Assembly (NCBI GenBank): GCA_964057225.1
Contig: OZ059894.1
Span: 19,220,001-19,284,000, forward strand
Direction: 5' to 3'
DNA from: Auanema rhodensis
Lineage: Eukaryota > Animalia > Nematoda
DNA length: 64,000 nucleotides
Below, one piece after another: positions 60,004 to 64,000 of this stretch; positions within the stretch are counted from its first letter, which is position 1, and each line of letters starts with the position of its first letter. The translations under genes and the position numbers were made by a program. The notes beneath the pieces were generated by a model. The model saw nothing but the letters and a program-made list of their open reading frames with translations, was not told the origin of the DNA and made no database searches.

Positions 60004-60060
60004 TATTCTATTTTACTAGTCTACGACGTTAAATAAGAATTATATTTATTCGAAATGCTT
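60001..60060 (-). repeat. Right terminus of the DIRS element: right extension (~60001-60037) plus outer end of the right inverted terminal repeat (60038 onward; inner boundary not determinable)
   Basis: 60001-60054 is the exact reverse complement of 60432-60485. 60038-60060 (aattatatttattcgaaatgctt) is repeated directly at 60482-60504. Confidence 0.88.
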
Positions 60061-60431
60061 TATTTCGTAATAGGTCCTCACATAAAACAAACAAAAAAAA
60101 ATTCAAATTATCTCTCAGGTTCCCTTTCCCACGTTTCTTTGGGCGGGAAACAGTGAGAGTAAGCGATCGTCCTTATTCATTTCAGGTGTCCAAAAAAGGA
60201 AGAATAGAAAGGCAGCATAACAATAACAAAATAAAAGAACAATAGTAACAGAAGGAAAGGAAAGGCTGCGGATAGCAGGCAGCATGCTAACCTATCTCTT
60301 GCGGTCGTAGTTGGTGCGTTGTGCAGGCTTGAATCTGGAAAGTTATGATAAAGACATCGAAAGTGGGCGAGCTCGAGTGGAAGTCCTCAGGTTGGTTAGC
60401 GGGAGCGCAGTAGGGGTGGAGGTGGGAGATA

Positions 60432-60504
60432 TTCGAATAAATATAATTCTTATTTAACGTCGTAGACTAGTAAAATAGAATAATTATATTTATTCGAAAT
60501 GCTT
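60432..60504 (-). repeat. Internal complementary region (ICR) of the DIRS element
   Basis: Composite of a 54-bp perfect inverted copy of the right end and a 23-bp segment equal to the ITR start, overlapping by aatt (60482-60485). It lies 2 nt beyond the YR stop codon (60507-60509), the usual ICR position in DIRS1 elements. Confidence 0.92.
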
Positions 60505-60506
60505 CT

Positions 60507-61763
60507 TCAAAAAAGAATCTTGGACTGGAACGAGGTTCTTCGCTCATAGTGGGTGAAGAAGGTTTTTTCTGAAGCCCAGTTAGCCGCCTTGAGGATGTCG
60601 CCTATAGGTAGACCTTGCGCTAGTGCCTTCGAGGTCACAGCCGAGCGTGTTGAGTGAGCTTTGAAGGTAGTGGGTATGCCCGCGCTGTGCAGGGTCTTTC
60701 TAATCCAACCAGAAATGGTGGTGGGTTCCACTGCTGCTCCATTCTTTCTGTTAAGAAAGAGGCATCTTGTTCGGCGGAGTTCCATGGTTCGAGATAGGTA
60801 TTCATTTATGCAGTTAATAGGGCACAGGTTATTGCGTGTGGGGAAGTTCTCGAACTTCGCTTCATGCGGGGGTCCCTTAGATCTGTTTTTATTGCGTTTA
60901 TTTATGAAGAAAGTTAACCCTTCTGCGTCGATACGCATGTGATCTAGGGAGAAAACGGCCAATTCGCTCACCCTCTTTGGAGAGCATAGGGCCAATAGAG
61001 TGGCTAGCTTGTGAGTGAGAGACTCTAGGCTGAGTTGGACGTTGGGGCCCAGCCTATCAAGGAAGTCCAAGACTTCGGAGGGGTCCCAGGTGTCTACGTA
61101 CCTAGCCCCTGAAGGCTTCTCTCTGAACAAACCCCTCATGAGGCGGAGGAGCAGCACGTTCTCCTTTAGGGAGGGGGAGACCCCTAGGTGATCGGCCAAT
61201 GCGGATATCGCTACCTTGTGTATGCGTACTGTGGAGAAGGCCTTAGTTTGAGCGAGAAATGATAGATAGTTAGCAACCGTTACTGGGTTGGGAGTAAAAG
61301 GTATCTTCTGCTTATTGCAGTAAGCTTTCCAGTTCTTGAGAGCACAGCCGTACTGTTTGCGTGTTCCTGGGGCCCAGGATTCGTTTAGGAGTCTCTTAGT
61401 CTCTGCTGTTACTCCCTCAAAGGAGTTTGTTAAATCTTCCACGCTGCTAATTGGAAATTCGGCGACTGCAGGAGAGGATGTGGGTTTCCTTCCCGGTCGG
61501 ACAGCAGGTTCGGGTGTTGGAGCAGCAAGGGAGGCTCCTTGGATCTCTCTTGGAGTAGGGGAAACCACATTTGGCTCTTCCAGAATGGTGCTATCACTAT
61601 AGCCGACCTCTGGGAGCTGGCGAGCTTTCCTAAGGTCTTGTGCAGGAGGTGGAAAGGTGGAAATACGTAAAGTAATCCGTCTGGCAGCTGCTGCCAATTG
61701 AACAAGAGTGCGTTCACTCCTAATGCGGCGCAATCTGGAAAGAAGGAGTAGAAAAGGGCGCAT
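60507..61763 (-). CDS. DIRS tyrosine recombinase (lambda integrase superfamily)
   Basis: Catalytic set, numbered on the 422-aa track: R268 (KRVSEL), probable K296, H374-x-x-R377 (HSTRS), W400 and Y410 (FFTHY). An N-terminal core-binding-like region SWAPGTRKQY...W..YC and the CPI motif are present. The track start at 61775 is TTG; the first ATG is at 61763 and the frame opens after a stop at 61803-61805. The true start is uncertain. Confidence 0.94.
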   Translation of the reverse strand: MRPFLLLLSRLRRIRSERTLVQLAAAARRITLRISTFPPPAQDLRKARQLPEVGYSDSTILEEPNVVSPTPREIQGASLAAPTPEPAVRPGRKPTSSPAVAEFPISSVEDLTNSFEGVTAETKRLLNESWAPGTRKQYGCALKNWKAYCNKQKIPFTPNPVTVANYLSFLAQTKAFSTVRIHKVAISALADHLGVSPSLKENVLLLRLMRGLFREKPSGARYVDTWDPSEVLDFLDRLGPNVQLSLESLTHKLATLLALCSPKRVSELAVFSLDHMRIDAEGLTFFINKRNKNRSKGPPHEAKFENFPTRNNLCPINCINEYLSRTMELRRTRCLFLNRKNGAAVEPTTISGWIRKTLHSAGIPTTFKAHSTRSAVTSKALAQGLPIGDILKAANWASEKTFFTHYERRTSFQSKILF

Positions 61764-64000
61764 TTGGCGTTCCAAGTGGACGCGAACAGGTCTATTTTGG
61801 GTTCACCCCATTTGGAAAATATTGATCTAGTGATCTCCGGATGGAGCGACCAGTCTTCCTTCAAAATTCTGCCGCGGGACAGGCAGTCGGCAGCCGTATT
61901 GATTTTTCCCGCTATATGCGATGCTCTGATTCTGAGCTTACGGGTATCGGCAAATTGCCATAACTCCAGTGCTAATCTAGTGCCCTTCTGGGATTGACTC
62001 CCGCCCCTACGGTTGATGTAGGCAATGGCAGAAGTATTATCTAAGAGTAAGAGAACGTCGAGATTGAGCCAGGTCTTGCCGAACTCTGTTAGACCCTTCG
62101 TTGCTGCAATCAGCTCCAGCCAGTTTATATGGTAGTTAAAGCGTTCTGCCTCGGACCAAGATCCTGACAAGGTATTACCTTCCCACGAAGCGCCAAAACC
62201 CTCCAGGGAGGCATCTGAGGTAATGGAGTATCGGGGAGAAAAGGGCGTGAGCGAGGATACTTCTGATAGACGGGGAACGTCCTTGGTTCGAAGATCCTCC
62301 AGGATCTTTCTTAACGATCGATCTATTCTTAGAATTTGAGGGAAGGCATTGGGATCATTTACGTTCGTAATTCCTTTAAGCCGTAGGTGGAAGTGCAGTT
62401 CACGGTTTCTGAAGGAGAGGTTAGGTGCTACCAGAGACGCAAAGTTCAATTTTCCCATTAGCGAGGCTAATGCTCTTATACTCAGCTCTGATTGAGCTGT
62501 TAAACGAGTGAGAGACTCGAGCAAACCCTTTTTCTTGGCCTTTGGGAGAGACCAGCTCATCGATCTTGAATTCAGCTGAATACCAAGAAATTCTATTTCT
62601 TGTGTGGGTATCATAATTGATTTATCCCAGTTTATCGTAAAACCCGCGCGATCAAAAGTAATTAGAATCTCTGTTAGTTGGGACCTGAGACAATCAGGAT
62701 CCTCCGAGATGAACAGCCAGTCATCTAAGTAGTTGATGAGATTGATCCCTTTACCCCGAAAATGGGATACCAGAACACGCATTAGCTTATGGAATATGTA
62801 GGGGGCTGAGCTCAGCCCAAAAGGGAGTGCTCTAAATAGGAAAGTGCGCCCCTCTGCTGTGAAAGCTAGGAAGGGTTGATCCTTCGGATCGATACTAATC
62901 GCGTGGTAGGCTGAATGAAAATCGATTTTGATCATGAAATTATCCTGTCGTAGGAGCGACGGGATGTCCCGAAGGGATTCTAGCTTGAACTTGGGTACTC
63001 GGAGAAAAGTGTTCAGGCGCTTTAAATTGAGGATGAAACGGGCCGTGCCGTCCGCCTTGGGAACGTGGAAGGTCGGGGATATGAAAACCTTCTCCCTCGG
63101 GGCGGCCTCTCGAATGGCGCCAGTGTACAGCAGTTCCTGGATATCCGACCTGGGTTGCTCCGGCAAGGTAGAGCAGATGGGTGGCAGCGATAAAGGTGGA
63201 GGTGTGCGGGCAAAGGGGAGACTATAGCCCTGAACCGCGTTAAGGATCTCCTTGTCCCTGGAGATGGACGCCCAAAAGGTTGTGGTGGAGGATACCCGGC
63301 ATGCGAAAGGAAAAGTGACTAACCTCTTTCTCTGGTTAGTAGCGAACGTTGAGAAGGTAGCTTGTCTCTTGGGGGCTGAGCGTGGCCGTTGGGCATCATT
63401 CCTGCGAGGAGTTGTTCTGGAGCTTCTGGACAGTTCGGAGTACGACGATAGTTCTGCTCTGAGCTTCTTGCCAAACAGTTCGGGTGCCGAATCCTCTGGA
63501 GCGTTGTCTACCGGGATCACGGTTCCATAGATGGGGGACTTCTTGAAGCTAGGCATGGCTCGGTAGGGTTGAGAGATCTTCATCTTGGTTAGAGCACACT
63601 CTCGCAAGTTGGTGCAGTGGGTCTTGATGTTAGCGCTGAGGAAGCGCTCCACTATGGCAAAGTATGCCTCCTGTTTTGTTGACAGACGAGAGTCCCTATC
63701 TATCCTGCCCAGCTTGCGAATTATCTTGATGTTAGAAAGAACGATTAGATCATTCTCGTATGCCGTGCGTATCTCAGCTTCGGACAGACGGATAGTGGGC
63801 TTGATGTTATTGTCCACGTGAGTAGTGTAGCGGTCGTCCAAGACCGGTAGTCGAGCGAACGGTGAGTCGATATTTGGGAGTTCCGAGATGAGCTCAGCTC
63901 TCTCGGTCGAGGACATGAGCAGTCCCGAGGCGAGTCTCTCGAAATCAGCAGTCTCGGAGGAAGATAGGCGAACGAGTGGCCTAGATCTGGGTCCGTGTGC
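61430..64000 (-). CDS. DIRS polyprotein: Gag-like C-terminal region + reverse transcriptase + RNase H + methyltransferase-like domain (5'-partial; at least 828 aa from ATG at 63916)
   Basis: RT motifs: FHVPKADG..RFILNLKRLN, KIDFHSAYH, LPFGLSSAP, YLDD (62720-62731) and FLG. RNase H (~62227-61874): SDAS..GFG, HINWLELIA, DNTSA, HIAGKINTAADCLSR. MT-like domain (~61855-61430): DW, IDLFAS, YVFPPF, APFW...WF. Manual translation of 63917-64000 finds no stop (AHGPRSRPLVRLSSSETADFERLASGLL-M), so the true start is probably outside the window. Confidence 0.95.
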   Translation of the reverse strand, partial: AHGPRSRPLVRLSSSETADFERLASGLLMSSTERAELISELPNIDSPFARLPVLDDRYTTHVDNNIKPTIRLSEAEIRTAYENDLIVLSNIKIIRKLGRIDRDSRLSTKQEAYFAIVERFLSANIKTHCTNLRECALTKMKISQPYRAMPSFKKSPIYGTVIPVDNAPEDSAPELFGKKLRAELSSYSELSRSSRTTPRRNDAQRPRSAPKRQATFSTFATNQRKRLVTFPFACRVSSTTTFWASISRDKEILNAVQGYSLPFARTPPPLSLPPICSTLPEQPRSDIQELLYTGAIREAAPREKVFISPTFHVPKADGTARFILNLKRLNTFLRVPKFKLESLRDIPSLLRQDNFMIKIDFHSAYHAISIDPKDQPFLAFTAEGRTFLFRALPFGLSSAPYIFHKLMRVLVSHFRGKGINLINYLDDWLFISEDPDCLRSQLTEILITFDRAGFTINWDKSIMIPTQEIEFLGIQLNSRSMSWSLPKAKKKGLLESLTRLTAQSELSIRALASLMGKLNFASLVAPNLSFRNRELHFHLRLKGITNVNDPNAFPQILRIDRSLRKILEDLRTKDVPRLSEVSSLTPFSPRYSITSDASLEGFGASWEGNTLSGSWSEAERFNYHINWLELIAATKGLTEFGKTWLNLDVLLLLDNTSAIAYINRRGGSQSQKGTRLALELWQFADTRKLRIRASHIAGKINTAADCLSRGRILKEDWSLHPEITRSIFSKWGEPKIDLFASTWNAKCALFYSFFPDCAALGVNALLFNWQQLPDGLLYVFPPFHLLHKTLGKLASSQRSAIVIAPFWKSQMWFPLLQERSKEPPLLLQHPNLLSDREGNPHPLLQSPNFQLAAWKI

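Larger units (their letters stand above)
60001..64000 (-). mobile_element. DIRS1-like tyrosine-recombinase retrotransposon, 3' portion (5' end beyond the window)
   Basis: RT-RNase H-MT ORF overlapped by a tyrosine recombinase ORF, with no protease or DDE integrase motifs seen. An ICR complementary to the terminus is present. Composition shifts abruptly from AT-rich satellite to roughly balanced GC. This domain order and end structure are the established DIRS1 signature. Confidence 0.96.

Noticed and set aside
60045-60064. AATAAA polyadenylation signals on the minus strand
   Set aside because: The position is plausible, but the hexamer is expected by chance in such AT-rich sequence and there is no transcript evidence.
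60001-60485. Independent MITE bounded by 54-bp terminal inverted repeats
   Set aside because: The inner repeat continues into a 23-bp copy of the ITR start and abuts the YR stop, which is ICR geometry. No flanking target duplication is seen.
60661-63821. Plus-strand ORFs (60661, 61336, 61764, 62928, 63252, 63585) and the minus-strand 63022-63213 ORF
   Set aside because: They are short shadow frames over the pol and YR genes with no recognisable motifs.
60507-63916. Prophage integrase next to a bacterial RT (retron, DGR or group II intron)
   Set aside because: The RT is LTR-class with a linked RNase H and DIRS-type MT domain, and the ICR/ITR structure is specific to DIRS.

Overview
This window is eukaryotic, heterochromatin-like DNA in two parts. 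(1) Positions 1-~60003 are an uninterrupted head-to-tail array of about 171 copies of an AT-rich 351-bp satellite monomer. It is very homogeneous, with local 2-, 3-, 6-, 7- and 12-monomer duplication patterns and one 56-bp internal duplication. (2) Positions ~60001-64000 are the 3' ~4 kb of an apparently intact DIRS1-type tyrosine-recombinase (YR) retrotransposon on the minus strand, joined precisely to a satellite monomer at an AAT trinucleotide. The element carries a Gag-like/RT/RNase H/methyltransferase-like ORF that is open to the window edge and an overlapping YR ORF with a full catalytic set. It also has the diagnostic DIRS end structure: a right terminal repeat with an extension, plus an internal complementary region (ICR) that spells out the circle junction. 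The most interesting inference is a young, possibly satellite- or centromere-targeting DIRS element whose unseen left end and empty target site can be predicted from this window. The host organism cannot be determined from the sequence alone, and all counts and alignments were done by eye.
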